Assembly: GCA_963934675.1 (NCBI GenBank) | Contig: CAWVZP010000002.1 | Location: 1-55,394 of the forward strand | DNA: 55,394 nt | Source: an uncultured Gammaproteobacteria bacterium | GTDB taxonomy: Bacteria > Pseudomonadota > Gammaproteobacteria > GCA-001735895 | Direction of reading: 5' to 3' | Shown here: positions 1-12,684 of the stretch, one piece after another | Layout: every line of letters starts with the position of its first letter | Numbering within the stretch: the first letter of the stretch is position 1 | Notes under the pieces: model-generated | Database searches by the model: none | Told to the model about the DNA's origin: nothing | The model's input: the letters and a program-made list of their open reading frames with translations, nothing else | Translations under genes and position numbers: made by a program

Positions 1-153
1 CTTGAGGACAACTAAGGCTAAAACAAACGAAGTACCAACACCCAGGATAGTTACCCAGTGAGCTATGTTACGGCCAATTTGTTTACCAAAAAACCCGGCA
101 ATAATTGCACCAAACAAAGAAGCTAGTGGAATGGCAAGATAGATAAATTCCAT
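1..153 (-). CDS. nuoL: NADH-quinone oxidoreductase subunit L, N-terminal fragment (gene continues off the left edge)
   Basis: Reverse-strand ATG at 151-153, just downstream of the nuoK stop (156-158). It reads MEFIYLAIPLASLFGAIIAGFFGKQIGRNIAHWVTILGVGTSFVLALVVLK with no stop to the window edge. The N-terminus is hydrophobic and NuoL-like, and its position after nuoK fits the nuoA-N order. Confidence 0.8.
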   Translation of the reverse strand, partial: MEFIYLAIPLASLFGAIIAGFFGKQIGRNIAHWVTILGVGTSFVLALVVLK

Positions 154-155
154 GC

Positions 156-464
156 TCATCCTTTTAACTCATTAATATCAGCTACGTTAATAGACTGCTT
201 GTTACGAAATAAAACCACCAAAATAGCCAACCCAATGGCCGCTTCGGCTGCTGCAACCGTCAAAATAAAGAAAACAAATATTTGGCCAGCTAAATCATTT
301 AAATAATGCGAAAAAGCAATAAAGTTTAAATTAACGGCTAACAACATAAGTTCAATCGACATCAACAGAATAATAATATTCTTACGATTAATAACAATAC
401 CAGCAATACTAATACTAAACAAAATTGCGGCAAGAATTAGATAATGGCTTAAGGAAACAGTCAT
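156..464 (-). CDS. nuoK: NADH-quinone oxidoreductase subunit K
   Basis: 102-aa protein with three TM helices and a typical NuoK sequence ([12 protein letters not shown]...[11 protein letters not shown]...[13 protein letters not shown]). Lies between nuoJ and nuoL. Confidence 0.95.
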   Translation of the reverse strand: MTVSLSHYLILAAILFSISIAGIVINRKNIIILLMSIELMLLAVNLNFIAFSHYLNDLAGQIFVFFILTVAAAEAAIGLAILVVLFRNKQSINVADINELKG

Positions 465-466
465 GG

Positions 467-1111
467 CTATTCTTTACCCAGGGATTCGTTACTCAAAGAT
501 TTGCTGCGAGAAGGTTCGCTGCTTGAAGGCATTTTGACAATGCGTAATCTATCAGACTTAACAACTCTTATTTGGGCTGAAGGAATCTGATATTTTGTAT
601 GTGTGCGTTTTCTCATGGTTAAAGATATCGCTCCAACAATAGCAACTAATAATATAACCGCTGCAGTTTCAAATGCGAATACATATTCGGTATATAAAAC
701 CTGACCCAATGCTTTAGTATTACTATAATCCGAGGCTTTAGCGATTGGTTCAATTACGTTATCACCCGAAAAAATACCACCTGTTATAACGCTGATCATC
801 ATCACGAACATGATAACTGCAACCGCAATACCCAGTGGTAAGTACTTTACAAAGCCTTCACGTAACCGAGCGATATTGATATCTAACATCATCACCACAA
901 ACAAGAACAACACCATAACTGCACCAACGTAAACAAGCACTAAACTAATGGCCAAAAATTCGGCTTCTAGTGTCATCCAAATAACAGCACTTGTAAAAAA
1001 GGTCAGCACTAAGGACAAAGCGGCATGGACTGGATTTCTAACAGTCACAACAGCTGTTGCCGCAACTACTGTCATCGTAGCAAAAACATAAAAAATAATA
1101 GTTTCAGTCAT
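467..1111 (-). CDS. nuoJ: NADH-quinone oxidoreductase subunit J
   Basis: 214-aa polytopic membrane protein in the nuoI-nuoJ-nuoK position, with a NuoJ-like N-terminus (FYVFA...[19 protein letters not shown]). Confidence 0.9.
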   Translation of the reverse strand: MTETIIFYVFATMTVVAATAVVTVRNPVHAALSLVLTFFTSAVIWMTLEAEFLAISLVLVYVGAVMVLFLFVVMMLDINIARLREGFVKYLPLGIAVAVIMFVMMISVITGGIFSGDNVIEPIAKASDYSNTKALGQVLYTEYVFAFETAAVILLVAIVGAISLTMRKRTHTKYQIPSAQIRVVKSDRLRIVKMPSSSEPSRSKSLSNESLGKE

Positions 1112-1120
1112 CTAGCTAAA

Positions 1121-1624
1121 TTACCGATAAGGGGCGTCAGCTGCGCGATCCGCAGCCAGTTGAGGTTCATATTTGTCACCAAAATCTAATAACTTTTCTT
1201 TAGTCATGATGTTTTCACCGCGATTTTCAAAGTGATATTCAAAAATGTTAGTTTCAACAATAGCATCAACAGGACAAGCTTCTTCACAAAACCCGCAATA
1301 AATGCATTTAAACAGATCGATATCGTATTTAGTTGTTCTTCTTGTACCGTCATCTCTTTCTTCTGATTCAATAGTAATTGCTAGAGCAGGACAAACGGCT
1401 TCACATAATTTACAACCAATACAACGCTCTTCACCGTTGGGATAGCGCCGCAACGCGTGTAAGCCACGAAAGCGCGGGCTAATGGGAGTTTTCTCTTCAG
1501 GATATTGAACCGTGACTTTCTTTCTGAAAAAATACTTTCCAGTAACGCTCATACCCTTGAGTAATTCAAGTAAAAGAAAGCTTTTCAGATAATATTTTAT
1601 AGTTGCAAGCATAAGTTTTAGCAA
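1121..1624 (-). CDS. nuoI: NADH-quinone oxidoreductase subunit I (2x[4Fe-4S] ferredoxin)
   Basis: Two CxxCxxCxxxCP motifs ([12 protein letters not shown] and [12 protein letters not shown]) and operon position. Confidence 0.96.
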   Translation of the reverse strand: MLKLMLATIKYYLKSFLLLELLKGMSVTGKYFFRKKVTVQYPEEKTPISPRFRGLHALRRYPNGEERCIGCKLCEAVCPALAITIESEERDDGTRRTTKYDIDLFKCIYCGFCEEACPVDAIVETNIFEYHFENRGENIMTKEKLLDFGDKYEPQLAADRAADAPYR

Positions 1625-1629
1625 ACCGC

Positions 1630-2664
1630 CTAATTAAACCAGGGACCGACTTTGAAATAAACAAAAAATCCTTCGACTACAAGCCATACAATAGTCACTG
1701 GAATTAAAACCTTCCAACCCAATCGCATTATCTGGTCATAACGATATCGTGGGAAGGTTGCTCGAAACCATAAAAACAACAGCATAAAGAAGCCTGTCTT
1801 CAAAAATAGCCAGACAATGTTATCGCCCATCAACGACGGCCAAGGACTTAACCAACCACCGAAAAACAGAAGTGAAGCAAGCATCGCTATTAATATCATA
1901 TTGGCGTATTCGGCGAGGAAAAAGACCGCAAAAGTCATACCGGAATACTCGACATGAAATCCCGCTACGATTTCTGATTCACCTTCCGCCACATCAAATG
2001 GTGCTCGATTAGTCTCTGCCACACCCGAAATTAAATAAACCATAAAAAGTGGAAACAATGGAATTATATACCAATGATAAATACCACCCACTTGACTATT
2101 AACAATGTCTCCAAGATTCAAGCTACCCGCAGCCATCAACACGCCAACTAAAGAAAAGCCCATTGCAATTTCGTAAGCCACAATTTGTGCAGCCGAACGC
2201 ATTGCGCCCAACAAGGCATATTTAGAGTTAGATGCCCAGCCAGCAATAATAACCCCATAAACACCGAGTGAAGTCATTGCCAAAATATACAACAGGCCAG
2301 CATTGATATCAGCAAAAACCAAGGTGTCAGTAAACGGCATAACCGCCCAGGCAGCCATCGAAGGTGCAAAGGTAAGGATGGGAGCAATAATAAACAGATA
2401 ACGATTAGACTTGGTCGGAATGATGATCTCTTTGAACATCAGTTTTAACATATCTGCAAATGGTTGAAACAAGCCTTTGGGACCGACACGATTTGGACCT
2501 ATACGATTTTGCATATAGCCAATAACTTTACGTTCAGCCAACGTGTAGTAAGCGACCACAATAAACAATGGCAGCAGAATAATAAAAACTTTCAGCAGAG
2601 TGTAAGATGTATATTGGACCCCCTCGGGCAACAATAGCCAGAGATTAGTGAACATGTCGCTCAC
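1630..2664 (-). CDS. nuoH: NADH-quinone oxidoreductase subunit H
   Basis: 344-aa polytopic protein with conserved NuoH/ND1 segments ([35 protein letters not shown]). Overlaps nuoG by 4 nt. Confidence 0.96.
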   Translation of the reverse strand: MSDMFTNLWLLLPEGVQYTSYTLLKVFIILLPLFIVVAYYTLAERKVIGYMQNRIGPNRVGPKGLFQPFADMLKLMFKEIIIPTKSNRYLFIIAPILTFAPSMAAWAVMPFTDTLVFADINAGLLYILAMTSLGVYGVIIAGWASNSKYALLGAMRSAAQIVAYEIAMGFSLVGVLMAAGSLNLGDIVNSQVGGIYHWYIIPLFPLFMVYLISGVAETNRAPFDVAEGESEIVAGFHVEYSGMTFAVFFLAEYANMILIAMLASLLFFGGWLSPWPSLMGDNIVWLFLKTGFFMLLFLWFRATFPRYRYDQIMRLGWKVLIPVTIVWLVVEGFFVYFKVGPWFN

Positions 2665-5054
2665 CCCAATTTCTCCAGTTCAACCATGCCATAAGCATCG
2701 GTCAAATTCTTCACTGCATTAATCCCTGTCGGAACACAAACACAACCATCAGGAACATTTTCATCAATTCGTAACGTTAACATAGCCACCCCACTGCCCT
2801 GTTTAACCTGAATTTTTTCAGCACCAGTAAGCTTAGATTTATCCGCCTGCGACTGGTTCATAGCCACTAAAAACTGCTGGTTCATTAACAGTGTTTTTTG
2901 AAGTGGTTGAGCTTCACGCAGCAGACTATCACTGGCATAGATAGGAGTTGCAGTTACCTTCTGAATCGACTGAGATTTAAGTGGAAGTTGCGTATTAGCA
3001 GATTGAATGCCACAGATATTATTCAAGCTTATCTCGCGGCAAGCTTCCTTCACTTCGTTACGAACCGAAATTGAATCAGAATACTCAAAAGCCTCCGGGA
3101 TCAGCAATTGTCCTAATGCAGCGAGTATCTTCCATCCTTGACGAACACCGCCTTCAGTTTGAGTGCAGCCTTTAAAACTCTGCCACAAGCCTTCAATATT
3201 GACGAATGTACCTGATGTTTCTGTAAAGCTAGCCAAAGGTAGAACCAAATCAGCTTTCTCGCGTATAAAATCGTTACTAAAACTATCAATAGCAATAATA
3301 AAATCGTTATTTTTTGATAACTGTTGATCAATATCTGAAATATTGGTTTCTAATACTGGATCAACCGCAAAAGTCAATAAGACCTGATGTTTTGACTCCA
3401 AAATTTCGCGAGCATTTTGACCCACCTTGTCAATAATAGAACCAGCAACACCTCGATGCGGTAATACACCGGCTAAACAAGCACCCGCGCTATTGGCCGA
3501 TTGCGACAAATAACCCAGAGTTGCACCAGATAATGATGAAATTGTTTCGCATAGCTCTTGAATCAATGACAAATGTGGATTTGATAACGCTTGAATGCCA
3601 ACAATAACAGCAGTGTCTTTTGCTTTACTCAGCGCACTTGCGACGGCTTTATGTTGCTTACTGACTTTGCAATCACCAATGATAGCTTGTATATGCTCCG
3701 GCAATTCAGACGTAGAATTAACCTGACCAGCCAGTGCAGCCACAACAGCAGCCAAGCCCGTTATTATTTCCTCAGCTGAACCTGCCAAGTCTTGCTCAAG
3801 CGGAAAGTTATACTGACCTCTTAGGTGGCTGATAGACGAAATTGATGCGCCATTATTGACAGCTGCTTTGCGTAAACGGTGCGCCAGAATAGGCTGTTCT
3901 AGTCGAAGATTACCCGCTACTAATAAACAAGCATCCAAAGAATCAATCGATTCTAATGAGCGACCTAGCCATGGCATGACGGGTGCGCTGCGCTGAGTAG
4001 AAAAATCAATTTGATTAAATCGATAATCAATGTTGTTAGATCCCAAACCTCGTAAGAGCTTCTGCGACAAAAACTGCTCTTCTAATGTTGCCTGAGGGCT
4101 GACCAGTGCGGCAATTTGATTGCCGTCATTATTGGCGGCAGCTGAAAGCTTTTCAACCGCAATATTGATCGCTGTTTCCCAGTCAACTTCTGTAAGCGTC
4201 CCATTCTTACGGATCAAAGGTAATCGAACACGAGACGCACTGCTAAGACCCGTATAACTGAAACGATCCCTATCTGAAATCCAAGATTCATTAATTGACT
4301 CATTTTCACGAGGTGCAACACGAATCACCTTGTTGTTGCGAGTGTGAACGTAAAGGTTAGATCCAATACAATCATGTGCAGCAACTGTTGCATGCTGCGT
4401 TAGCTCCCAGGCACGTGCAACATATCGAGATGGTTTCGCAGTCAATGCCCCAACGGGACAAATATCAATAACGTTTCCGGATAGTTCAGATGAAATAGCT
4501 TTCCCAATAAACGTGCTGATCTCAACATTTTCGCCTCGACCGGTTAAGCCCATTTCTGGTAATCCCGCAATCTCATTACCAAAACGAACACATCGCGTAC
4601 AGTGAATACATCGCGTCAAGTCAGTGGCGATCAACGGGCCAATATTCTTATCCATAACAACACGTTTTTGTTCAGTATAACGTGATACTCCGGCACCAAA
4701 GCCCATTGCTACATCTTGTAATTCACATTCACCACCCTGATCACAAACTGGGCAATCTAATGGGTGATTAATTAATAAAAATTCCATTGTCGATTTTTGT
4801 GCTGCAATGGCTTTTGAAGAACGAGTATAAACAACCATGCCATTGGCAACAGGCGTTGCGCAAGCAGGCATAGGCTTAGGTGCACGTTCAACTTCAACCA
4901 AACACATACGGCAATTAGCGGCGACTGACAATTTTTTGTGATAACAAAAACGAGGAACCACAATATTGTTGTCATCAGCCACGTCAATTAACAACCGGCC
5001 AGCTTCTGCCTCAATTGGAAGTCCATTGATGGTGAGTGTAATAGTGTTGCTCAT
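2661..5054 (-). CDS. nuoG: NADH-quinone oxidoreductase subunit G (75-kDa Fe-S subunit)
   Basis: N-terminal 2Fe-2S and 4Fe-4S cysteine clusters ([43 protein letters not shown]), followed by a molybdopterin-oxidoreductase-like domain. I prefer the ATG at 5054 ([13 protein letters not shown]). The ORF-track start at 5066 is a TTG 4 codons upstream. Confidence 0.93.
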   Translation of the reverse strand: MSNTITLTINGLPIEAEAGRLLIDVADDNNIVVPRFCYHKKLSVAANCRMCLVEVERAPKPMPACATPVANGMVVYTRSSKAIAAQKSTMEFLLINHPLDCPVCDQGGECELQDVAMGFGAGVSRYTEQKRVVMDKNIGPLIATDLTRCIHCTRCVRFGNEIAGLPEMGLTGRGENVEISTFIGKAISSELSGNVIDICPVGALTAKPSRYVARAWELTQHATVAAHDCIGSNLYVHTRNNKVIRVAPRENESINESWISDRDRFSYTGLSSASRVRLPLIRKNGTLTEVDWETAINIAVEKLSAAANNDGNQIAALVSPQATLEEQFLSQKLLRGLGSNNIDYRFNQIDFSTQRSAPVMPWLGRSLESIDSLDACLLVAGNLRLEQPILAHRLRKAAVNNGASISSISHLRGQYNFPLEQDLAGSAEEIITGLAAVVAALAGQVNSTSELPEHIQAIIGDCKVSKQHKAVASALSKAKDTAVIVGIQALSNPHLSLIQELCETISSLSGATLGYLSQSANSAGACLAGVLPHRGVAGSIIDKVGQNAREILESKHQVLLTFAVDPVLETNISDIDQQLSKNNDFIIAIDSFSNDFIREKADLVLPLASFTETSGTFVNIEGLWQSFKGCTQTEGGVRQGWKILAALGQLLIPEAFEYSDSISVRNEVKEACREISLNNICGIQSANTQLPLKSQSIQKVTATPIYASDSLLREAQPLQKTLLMNQQFLVAMNQSQADKSKLTGAEKIQVKQGSGVAMLTLRIDENVPDGCVCVPTGINAVKNLTDAYGMVELEKLG

Positions 5055-5190
5055 TGCTCTGTTCAACCTTTCTCTATTTCTTTATTACAACGGCCAGTAC
5101 AAATGACTGGCTTACTTAATCGATTTTAAAATAATCAAACTAAAATTTGTATAAACTTGATTAATTAACACATGGCCAATTGCCAACAAA

Positions 5191-6462
5191 TTAGCAAACC
5201 ATAGACCGCTTGTGATCTACATAGTATTCAAATTCATGTCGAAAATGTTTGATAAAACTCCACACCGGCATCGCCGCAGCATCACCTAGGGCACAAATAG
5301 TGCGGCCTTCAATTTTATGAGAAACCTCTTCCAGTAACCCAATATCTTCTGGCCGTCCTTTACCATCAATAATTCGGCAAAGCACTCGGTAAAGCCAACC
5401 AGTGCCTTCACGACAAGGCGTGCATTGTCCACATGATTCTGCAAAATAGAATCGGGAAATTCGTCGTAACGCTTTTACCATATCGGTGGTCTCATCCATT
5501 ATGATAACAGCCCCAGAACCTAACATCGATCCAGCCTTGGTAATTGAATCATAATCCATCGTACAATCCATCATAATATCGCCTGGTAAAATAGGCACGG
5601 AAGATCCACCAGGAATGACAGCTTTTAACTTACGGTCATCTTTTACACCACCTGCCATGCCTAATAAGTCTTTGAATGATGTGCCCATACTTATTTCAAA
5701 GTTACCGGGGCTGTTTACATGCCCTGACACAGAAAATAACTTAACGCCGCCGTTATTTGGTATACCAAGATTGGCAAACCACTCGGAACCGTTACGAATA
5801 ATTGCCGGCACTGAGGCCAGAGACTCAGTATTGTTAATAGTTGTCGGTCTACCGTATAAACCAAAATTAGCAGGGAAAGGTGGCTTAAATCTAGGTTGAC
5901 CCTTTTTACCTTCCAATGATTCTAGCAAAGCAGTTTCTTCACCACAAATATAAGCACCAGCCCCTAGAACAGTATGGAGATCAAAGTCGATCCCACTGCC
6001 CATTATATTTTTACCAACATAACCCGCTTCATACGCTTCTTTTAGAGCTGCTTCGAAATGCATGTACGGCTCATCCATAAACTCACCACGCATATAATTA
6101 TAACCAACGGTGGCACCGATTGAGTATCCACCAATAATCATACCCTCAACTAAAGCATGGGGATTAAAACGAAGAATATCACGGTCTTTACAAGTGCCAG
6201 GTTCAGATTCATCTGAGTTACAAACTAAATATTTTTGTCCAGGCGCATTACGTGGCATAAAACTCCACTTCAATCCGGTTGGAAAACCAGCACCACCTCG
6301 ACCCCGCAATCCAGAAGCTTTTACTTCGGCAATGACGTCTTCCTGAGTAATTTTTTCAACAATGATTTTGTTTAGCGCTTGATAACCACCAGTCTTTAGA
6401 TAACTCTCCATTGACCAAGGCTGATCATATTGAAAAGTTGCAGAACATACTTTATTAGTCAT
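5191..6462 (-). CDS. nuoF: NADH-quinone oxidoreductase subunit F (NADH/FMN-binding)
   Basis: [29 protein letters not shown] and the [10 protein letters not shown] 4Fe-4S motif. Confidence 0.97.
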   Translation of the reverse strand: MTNKVCSATFQYDQPWSMESYLKTGGYQALNKIIVEKITQEDVIAEVKASGLRGRGGAGFPTGLKWSFMPRNAPGQKYLVCNSDESEPGTCKDRDILRFNPHALVEGMIIGGYSIGATVGYNYMRGEFMDEPYMHFEAALKEAYEAGYVGKNIMGSGIDFDLHTVLGAGAYICGEETALLESLEGKKGQPRFKPPFPANFGLYGRPTTINNTESLASVPAIIRNGSEWFANLGIPNNGGVKLFSVSGHVNSPGNFEISMGTSFKDLLGMAGGVKDDRKLKAVIPGGSSVPILPGDIMMDCTMDYDSITKAGSMLGSGAVIIMDETTDMVKALRRISRFYFAESCGQCTPCREGTGWLYRVLCRIIDGKGRPEDIGLLEEVSHKIEGRTICALGDAAAMPVWSFIKHFRHEFEYYVDHKRSMVC

Positions 6463-6464
6463 AC

Positions 6465-6971
6465 TTATTCCAGCCCATCCAAAATCTCATCGACCTTCTC
6501 GAGTGTTAAATTAACATGGTAAACATGATTGACCTGCATCATCGGCCCACCAGAGCAGGCCGCAAGGCATTCTTCTTCACACTTTAGAAAAATTCGCCCG
6601 TCTTCTGTACTGTCACCGATTTTAATACCCAGCTTAGTTTCAATGTGCTCAACAATATAATCAGACCCCATTAACATGCAGCTGATATTAGTGCAAATTG
6701 CTACATTATTTCGGCCCACTGGTTTTGTTTCATACATTGAATAAAACGATGCCACTTCATATACATGAATGGCAGCCATACCTAGATACTCTGCAACGGC
6801 ATCCATGAGATCAGTCGTAAGAAATCCATGATTTTGATGCTGAGCTGCGGTTAAAGCACCCAGTACTGCTGACCGCCTCTGATCTGTGGGGAACTTCATT
6901 AACCAGTGATCAATCTCTTCACGGGTATGATCTGATAAAACATTAACTTTTAAATTCTTAGTCTTAACCAT
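6465..6971 (-). CDS. nuoE: NADH-quinone oxidoreductase subunit E (2Fe-2S)
   Basis: 168-aa thioredoxin-like 2Fe-2S protein with the pattern CTNISC...CLAAC. Lies between nuoD and nuoF. Confidence 0.94.
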   Translation of the reverse strand: MVKTKNLKVNVLSDHTREEIDHWLMKFPTDQRRSAVLGALTAAQHQNHGFLTTDLMDAVAEYLGMAAIHVYEVASFYSMYETKPVGRNNVAICTNISCMLMGSDYIVEHIETKLGIKIGDSTEDGRIFLKCEEECLAACSGGPMMQVNHVYHVNLTLEKVDEILDGLE

Positions 6972-8224
6972 TATCTATCTATCTCACCGAACACAATATC
7001 TTGAGTACCAATAATAGCGACAACGTCAGACAGCATATGCCCCGTTGCCATTTCATTCATACTCGATAAATGAGCGAAACCAGGTGCGCGTACTTTAAGC
7101 CTATAGGGTTTATTAGCACCATCTGATATCAAGTAAACGCCAAACTCACCTTTGGGGTGTTCTATTGCCGTGTAAACCTCACCTTCTGGAACGGTGTAAC
7201 CCTCGGTAAAAAGTTTAAAGTGATGAATCAAACCCTCCATGTCAGCCTTAGCCATTTCTCGCCTTGGCGCCGCTACTTTATGATTCTCAGATAACACGAT
7301 GCCGGGGTTATTTTTTAACCAAGTGATACACTGTTTAATAATACGATTGGACTGGCGCATTTCTTCAATACGAACCAAGTAACGATCATAACAATCGCCA
7401 TTAGTGCCAACTGGAATATCAAAGTCCATACGGTCATAAACTTCATAAGGCTGTTTTTTACGCAAATCCCATTCAACACCCGAACCTCGCAACATCGGGC
7501 CAGTAAAACCTAATTGAAAAGCTCTTTCCTGAGATACAACGCCAATACCAACAGTCCGTTGCTTCCATATTCTATTATCGGTTAGCAGTGTTTCATATTC
7601 ATCAATATAACCAGGGAAACGATTCGTGAAATCTTCCGTAAAATCTAGCAGGCTACCCTGTCGATTTTCATTCAACCGAGCAGCTTCTTCTTTGCTACGC
7701 CACCGACCCTCTTGGTATTGTGGCATCGAATCTGGCAAATCTCGAGCAACACCACCAGGACGATAGTAAGTAGCATGCATACGCGTACCGGAGACGGCTT
7801 CGTATAGGTCCATCAAATCTTCGCGCTCACGGAACGCGTATAAAAACATGGTCATCGCGCCAACATCTAATGCATGTGTTCCGATCCACATTAAATGGTT
7901 AAGAACTCGGGTTATCTCGTCAAACATTACTCGAATATATTTAGCACGCTCAGGAATTTCTAATTTAAGCAGCTTCTCAATTGCCAAAACATAGCCGTGC
8001 TCATTACACATCATCGATACATAATCGAGCCGATCCATATACCCAATATTTTGGTTATAAGGCTTAGTTTCCGCAAGCTTTTCCGTACCGCGATGCAGCA
8101 GCCCAATATGTGGATCAGCTCGTTCGATGACTTCGCCATCCATCTCAAGCACTAAACGCAAAACACCATGTGCAGCTGGATGTTGCGGACCAAAGTTCAG
8201 CGTGTAATTTTTAATTTCAGGCAT
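6971..8224 (-). CDS. nuoD: NADH-quinone oxidoreductase subunit D
   Basis: Conserved N-terminus [24 protein letters not shown] and C-terminus [10 protein letters not shown] prefer the ATG at 8224. The ORF-track start at 8239 is 5 codons upstream. The gene is separate from nuoC, not fused as in E. coli. Confidence 0.95.
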   Translation of the reverse strand: MPEIKNYTLNFGPQHPAAHGVLRLVLEMDGEVIERADPHIGLLHRGTEKLAETKPYNQNIGYMDRLDYVSMMCNEHGYVLAIEKLLKLEIPERAKYIRVMFDEITRVLNHLMWIGTHALDVGAMTMFLYAFREREDLMDLYEAVSGTRMHATYYRPGGVARDLPDSMPQYQEGRWRSKEEAARLNENRQGSLLDFTEDFTNRFPGYIDEYETLLTDNRIWKQRTVGIGVVSQERAFQLGFTGPMLRGSGVEWDLRKKQPYEVYDRMDFDIPVGTNGDCYDRYLVRIEEMRQSNRIIKQCITWLKNNPGIVLSENHKVAAPRREMAKADMEGLIHHFKLFTEGYTVPEGEVYTAIEHPKGEFGVYLISDGANKPYRLKVRAPGFAHLSSMNEMATGHMLSDVVAIIGTQDIVFGEIDR

Positions 8225-8960
8225 TGTTTTTTGCCTCATTGTGCTCTTGAATCATTTGCTCATCAGAAATGTAACGATGGTCTTCGCGAATTACCTTAGG
8301 CACTAATACTCGCGGCTCAATACTAACCGGTTCGTATATGACACGCTTTTTAACAGAGTCATAGCGCATTTCAACATTACCGATTAACGGAAAATCTTTG
8401 CGAAACGGATGACCAACAAATCCATAGTCAGTTAATATACGCCGTAAATCAGGGTGACCGCTAAATAACAAACCGAATAGGTCGAAGGCTTCACGCTCAT
8501 ACCAATCAGCAGAAGCCCAAACGCCAGTAATGGTTGGCAAAACAGGAAAACCATCATCGGCTGCAAAAACCTTAAGACGCAACCGACAATTGTGATGATA
8601 AGAAAGAAGATGATAGACCGCTGCAAAGCGAATGCCGTTTTCAACAACAGACTCTAGTTCATCACCGAACTGCAACCGACCTAAGGTTGCTGATGCATCG
8701 ACACCACGACTAAAACCTGCATTAGAAGCGTCATTAGTTTGCCATTCAGTCACGCCAAATTGAGAGTAGTCAACACCGCATAAATCAACAAGCTGTTCAA
8801 ACTTAAAGTTATCACTTTCTTTAAGCTGGGTGGCTACATCAATTAAGTTTTCTGGCGTGACAACCACAGTCACTTCTTGAGATTTAGTTTCGGTTGAAAC
8901 TAAACGCTCGCCAAAAGTGCTGACTAAAGAATCGGCTAACTGCTTCAGAGATATCGACAT
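8217..8960 (-). CDS. nuoC: NADH-quinone oxidoreductase subunit C
   Basis: 247-aa protein with 30-kDa-subunit motifs ([36 protein letters not shown]). Confidence 0.94.
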   Translation of the reverse strand: MSISLKQLADSLVSTFGERLVSTETKSQEVTVVVTPENLIDVATQLKESDNFKFEQLVDLCGVDYSQFGVTEWQTNDASNAGFSRGVDASATLGRLQFGDELESVVENGIRFAAVYHLLSYHHNCRLRLKVFAADDGFPVLPTITGVWASADWYEREAFDLFGLLFSGHPDLRRILTDYGFVGHPFRKDFPLIGNVEMRYDSVKKRVIYEPVSIEPRVLVPKVIREDHRYISDEQMIQEHNEAKNNA

Positions 8961-8961
8961 A

Positions 8962-9438
8962 TTATCGGGCTATCGTATTAGTGTTCTTAATTTTATTTTG
9001 CAATTGCATAATGCCGTATAAAAGCGCTTCAGCGGTAGGAGGACAACCAGGCACGTAAACATCAACAGGCACTACCCTGTCACAACCACGAACAACTGCA
9101 TAAGAATAGTGGTAATAACCACCGCCATTAGCACAAGAACCCATTGATATGACCCAACGCGGCTCAGCCATCTGGTCATAGACTTTGCGTAACGCAGGAG
9201 CCATCTTATTAACTAAAGTTCCGGCCACAATCATAACGTCAGATTGGCGCGGACTGGGACGGAAAATTATTCCAAATCGATCCAAGTCATAACGAGCTGC
9301 ACCCGCCTGCATCATTTCAACAGCACAGCAAGCCAATCCAAAGGTCATTGGCCACATAGAACCAGTTCGAGCCCAGTTAATTAATTTATCGGCGGAGGTA
9401 GTCATAAACCCCTGCTCAAATACACCTTCTACTCCCAT
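8962..9438 (-). CDS. nuoB: NADH-quinone oxidoreductase subunit B
   Basis: [24 protein letters not shown] and VPGCPP N2-cluster motifs. I prefer the ATG at 9438 (MGVEGVF...), which matches the usual NuoB N-terminus. The ORF-track ATG at 9459 is a possible alternative. Confidence 0.95.
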   Translation of the reverse strand: MGVEGVFEQGFMTTSADKLINWARTGSMWPMTFGLACCAVEMMQAGAARYDLDRFGIIFRPSPRQSDVMIVAGTLVNKMAPALRKVYDQMAEPRWVISMGSCANGGGYYHYSYAVVRGCDRVVPVDVYVPGCPPTAEALLYGIMQLQNKIKNTNTIAR

Positions 9439-9794
9439 TCGAGGGCTCCTTTTTTCCATTCAAAGATAAACCCTACTACGAGCACACCTAAAAACATGGC
9501 CATTGCAACTAAACCAAAAGTGCCTATCTCATCAAGAGAAATCGCCCATGGGAATAGAAACGCAATTTCTAAATCAAAAATAATAAATAGAATGGCTACA
9601 AGATAATAGCGCACGTCAAATTTCATACGACTATCTTCGAAGGCTTCAAAGCCACATTCGTAAGGAGAGTTTTTTTCGGCATCTGGACGAGATGGACCTA
9701 ACAGCTTACCTGCAACAATGAACATCGACCCCATAACAAGGGTGACGCTCATAAAGATTAGTATTGGTAGATAGTTACCTAACATACGAAACAA
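9429..9794 (-). CDS. nuoA: NADH-quinone oxidoreductase subunit A
   Basis: 121-aa protein with three TM helices and the YECGF motif. First gene of the nuo operon. Confidence 0.94.
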   Translation of the reverse strand: MFRMLGNYLPILIFMSVTLVMGSMFIVAGKLLGPSRPDAEKNSPYECGFEAFEDSRMKFDVRYYLVAILFIIFDLEIAFLFPWAISLDEIGTFGLVAMAMFLGVLVVGFIFEWKKGALEWE

Positions 9795-9954
9795 AAGGCC
9801 TCTAAATAAATGCTAACGCTAGGAGAGCGGCTAGCTTGTGTAACGGTGATAGTCGAGCGTGAATAACTTGCCTCAACCATGTATTATATTTTAACAAATA
9901 TAATCAGCTTATGATAATACAATCGTGTTATATCTTAATCATTAATCTAAAAAA

Positions 9955-10039
9955 TGGTGCCGATGGCCGGAGTCGAACCGGCACAGCTTTCGCCACTACC
10001 CCCTCAAGATAGCGTGTCTACCAATTCCACCACATCGGC
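9955..10039 (-). tRNA. tRNA-Leu (anticodon GAG)
   Basis: 85-nt reverse-strand cloverleaf: GCCGATG acceptor stem pairing with CATCGGC, anticodon stem CTATC/GGTAG around loop TTGAGGG (anticodon GAG), long variable arm, T arm GCCGG-TTCGACT-CCGGC, and an encoded CCA. It sits immediately downstream of secG, as leuU does in E. coli. Confidence 0.93.
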
Positions 10040-10048
10040 AATAATTCA

Positions 10049-10435
10049 TTAGTTAGCGGGCGGCAAATCTGAACCTGAGATTACATCAGTCGATGAATCG
10101 ACAGGCGGCATATCACTTTCCACTAACCCTTCTTCTTGAACCTGATCAGTACCCATTGACGTTACACTCTGCATAAGATTACCAGAATCGTTACGATGAC
10201 TACCTAAATAGGCCAACGACATACAAACAACAAAAAACAATGTAGCTAAAACGCCTGTTGATTTGCTTAAGAAATTGCCAGATCCTTTGGAACCAAACAC
10301 AGTCGATGATGACCCACTACCGAAAGCTGCACCTGCGTCAGCTCCCTTGCCGTGCTGCATTAGCACCAAAACAATTAGGCTTATTGACAGAATGACCTGA
10401 ACAATAAGCAATGCGCTATTTAAATTTTCCATCAA
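10049..10435 (-). CDS. secG: preprotein translocase subunit SecG
   Basis: N-terminal TM helix followed by the Gly-rich GKGADAGAAFGSGSSSTVFGSKG motif and a second TM helix. The tpiA-secG-tRNA-Leu order is conserved. The acidic, Ser-rich C-terminal tail makes it 128 aa. Confidence 0.9.
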   Translation of the reverse strand: MMENLNSALLIVQVILSISLIVLVLMQHGKGADAGAAFGSGSSSTVFGSKGSGNFLSKSTGVLATLFFVVCMSLAYLGSHRNDSGNLMQSVTSMGTDQVQEEGLVESDMPPVDSSTDVISGSDLPPAN

Positions 10436-10440
10436 ATTTC

Positions 10441-11196
10441 CTAAACGGATTGAGCAATTGCTAAGAAGTCGGAAGCATTTAATGCCGCGCCACCTATTAA
10501 ACCACCATCAATATCAGGCTGAGATAATAAGTCCTTTGCATTTTTAGCGTTCATGCTTCCGCCATATAAAATCTGTACCTTTTCAGCAACAACTGAATCC
10601 AGTTCCGCTAACTTGTTCCGAATAAACCGATGAACTGCCTGTGCCTGGCCAGGTGTTGCAACCTGTCCAGTACCGATTGCCCAAACTGGCTCATAAGCAA
10701 TAACACAATTGGCCATTGCTATAATGCCTTGTGACTTAATTACAGCTTCTAACTGCCTAACAATAACAGCTTCTGTTGAGCCTTCTTCACGCTCTTTCAG
10801 CGACTCACCAACGCACAAGATGGGTATTAATCCTTTGTTAACAACCATTTCAAATCGATCGGCTACGAGCTTGTCTGATTCAAAATAAAAAGCGCGGCGT
10901 TCAGAATGCCCAATTATGACGTATCGACAACCACATTCTTTAAGCATAGTGGCTGAAATTTCGCCCGTAAAAGCACCTGATGCTTGATCACTGACATTTT
11001 GAGCGCCTAACGATACATCAGTGCCGCTTAGCATCCTACCAACTTCTATTAAGAAAACGGATGAAGGGCAAACGACTAGCTCTAAATTTTTAACTTGACC
11101 TGCATCAGACCCAATTTTAATGCCATCCACTAATCCTATGACGCTAGCTAAACTACCATTCATTTTCCAGTTTCCAACAATTAGAGCAGTTCTCAT
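10441..11196 (-). CDS. tpiA: triose-phosphate isomerase
   Basis: GNWKMNG, IGHSERR and AYEPVWAIGTG motifs. Confidence 0.97.
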   Translation of the reverse strand: MRTALIVGNWKMNGSLASVIGLVDGIKIGSDAGQVKNLELVVCPSSVFLIEVGRMLSGTDVSLGAQNVSDQASGAFTGEISATMLKECGCRYVIIGHSERRAFYFESDKLVADRFEMVVNKGLIPILCVGESLKEREEGSTEAVIVRQLEAVIKSQGIIAMANCVIAYEPVWAIGTGQVATPGQAQAVHRFIRNKLAELDSVVAEKVQILYGGSMNAKNAKDLLSQPDIDGGLIGGAALNASDFLAIAQSV

Positions 11197-11284
11197 CTAT
11201 TTTTACTAGCGATCAAATCGGCGGCAAAGGTTACTCATCTAATGGCAAGAAATCAATCAACAAATGAATAAATCATGTAAATAG

Positions 11285-12625
11285 TTATTTGGATGCCGAC
11301 ATAGTCACGCAGGCAGCTATTTCCGATGCCAGCTTACTCACTAAGACAGCATCCTCACCTTCCACCATTACCCTAATCAATGGCTCAGTACCCGACGCTC
11401 TTAGCAACACCCTTCCTTTACCATTTAGCTCTAACTTTGCCGCACTCACGGCTTGCTGAATTTCTGGCTTGGACTGCAAATCGATTTTTTTAGCAATAGG
11501 TACATTAATCATAATCTGGGGATATAAAGTCATGCCATCACAGGCTTCTGACAAAGTAATGCCCTTTTCAACCAACCAATCCAACACTTGCAATGAGGCT
11601 ATTATTCCATCGCCTGTAGAAGTCTTATCAAGACAAATAATATGCCCAGAAGACTCCCCACCGACCGACCAACCTTTATCTATTAGCTTTACCATGACAT
11701 GACGATCACCCACGCTGGCTCTTTCGAATTCGATGCCATCTTTTTTGAGCGCATGCTCCAGTCCTAGGTTAGTCATCAGTGTACCGACCACGCCACCCGC
11801 TAAACGACCCGTCGTTAGCTTGCTCTTGGCAATGATGTAGAGCAGTTGGTCACCGTCTTTAACATCACCTTTTGAATCCATCATCATAAGCCGATCACCA
11901 TCACCATCGAAAGCAATGCCCATATCAGCTTGATTCTCTAACACCATTGCACGCATATTGTCAGGATGAAGCGCTCCGACGTCTTTATTAATGTTCAAGC
12001 CGTTTGGCTTGCATCCTAGCTCCAACACATCGGCACCTAATTCACGAAATACAGCCGGGGCAATGTGGTAAGTTGCACCATGGGCGCAATCAACCACTAT
12101 TTTCATACCTCTTAGTGTCGTGTTAAACGGAATTGAACTCTTACAGTACTCAATATAGCGACCTTTCGCATCCTCCATTCGTGTTGCTTTACCCAATAAC
12201 TCCGATTCAACCATTGTTAGTGGTTGATCAATCATATCTTCTATAGCTTGTTCAACCTTATCTGACAGCTTGTAACCGTCAGCATTAAAAAATTTAACCC
12301 CATCATCATGATATGGGTTATGAGATGCGCTAATAACTATGCCTGCAACCGCTCTACGAGCTTGTGTCATATAAGCCACTGCGGGTGTTGGCATGGGGCC
12401 CAGCAGTATGACGTCTAGACCTGCAGCAGCCAAACCCGCCTCCAAAGCTGATTCAAACATATAGCCAGATATTCGGGTGTCTTTTCCAATAACAACACTT
12501 CCCTTGCCCTGTTTGGCAAGCACTTTGCCAGCCGCCCAGCCCACCTTCATTACAAAATCAACTGTCATTGGCGGGACGCCTACCTTACCTCGAATGCCAT
12601 CAGTACCAAAATATCGTCGGCTCAT
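11285..12625 (-). CDS. glmM: phosphoglucosamine mutase
   Basis: [10 protein letters not shown]-terminus, SASHNP phosphoserine loop and GDGDR metal loop. A strong SD (AGGGGAGGA) lies upstream. Confidence 0.97.
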   Translation of the reverse strand: MSRRYFGTDGIRGKVGVPPMTVDFVMKVGWAAGKVLAKQGKGSVVIGKDTRISGYMFESALEAGLAAAGLDVILLGPMPTPAVAYMTQARRAVAGIVISASHNPYHDDGVKFFNADGYKLSDKVEQAIEDMIDQPLTMVESELLGKATRMEDAKGRYIEYCKSSIPFNTTLRGMKIVVDCAHGATYHIAPAVFRELGADVLELGCKPNGLNINKDVGALHPDNMRAMVLENQADMGIAFDGDGDRLMMMDSKGDVKDGDQLLYIIAKSKLTTGRLAGGVVGTLMTNLGLEHALKKDGIEFERASVGDRHVMVKLIDKGWSVGGESSGHIICLDKTSTGDGIIASLQVLDWLVEKGITLSEACDGMTLYPQIMINVPIAKKIDLQSKPEIQQAVSAAKLELNGKGRVLLRASGTEPLIRVMVEGEDAVLVSKLASEIAACVTMSASK

Positions 12626-12684
12626 TACAGTCCTCCCCTGTTTATTTTTATATTCTAATCAAGCCCGCTCAGATGCGATCTAAT

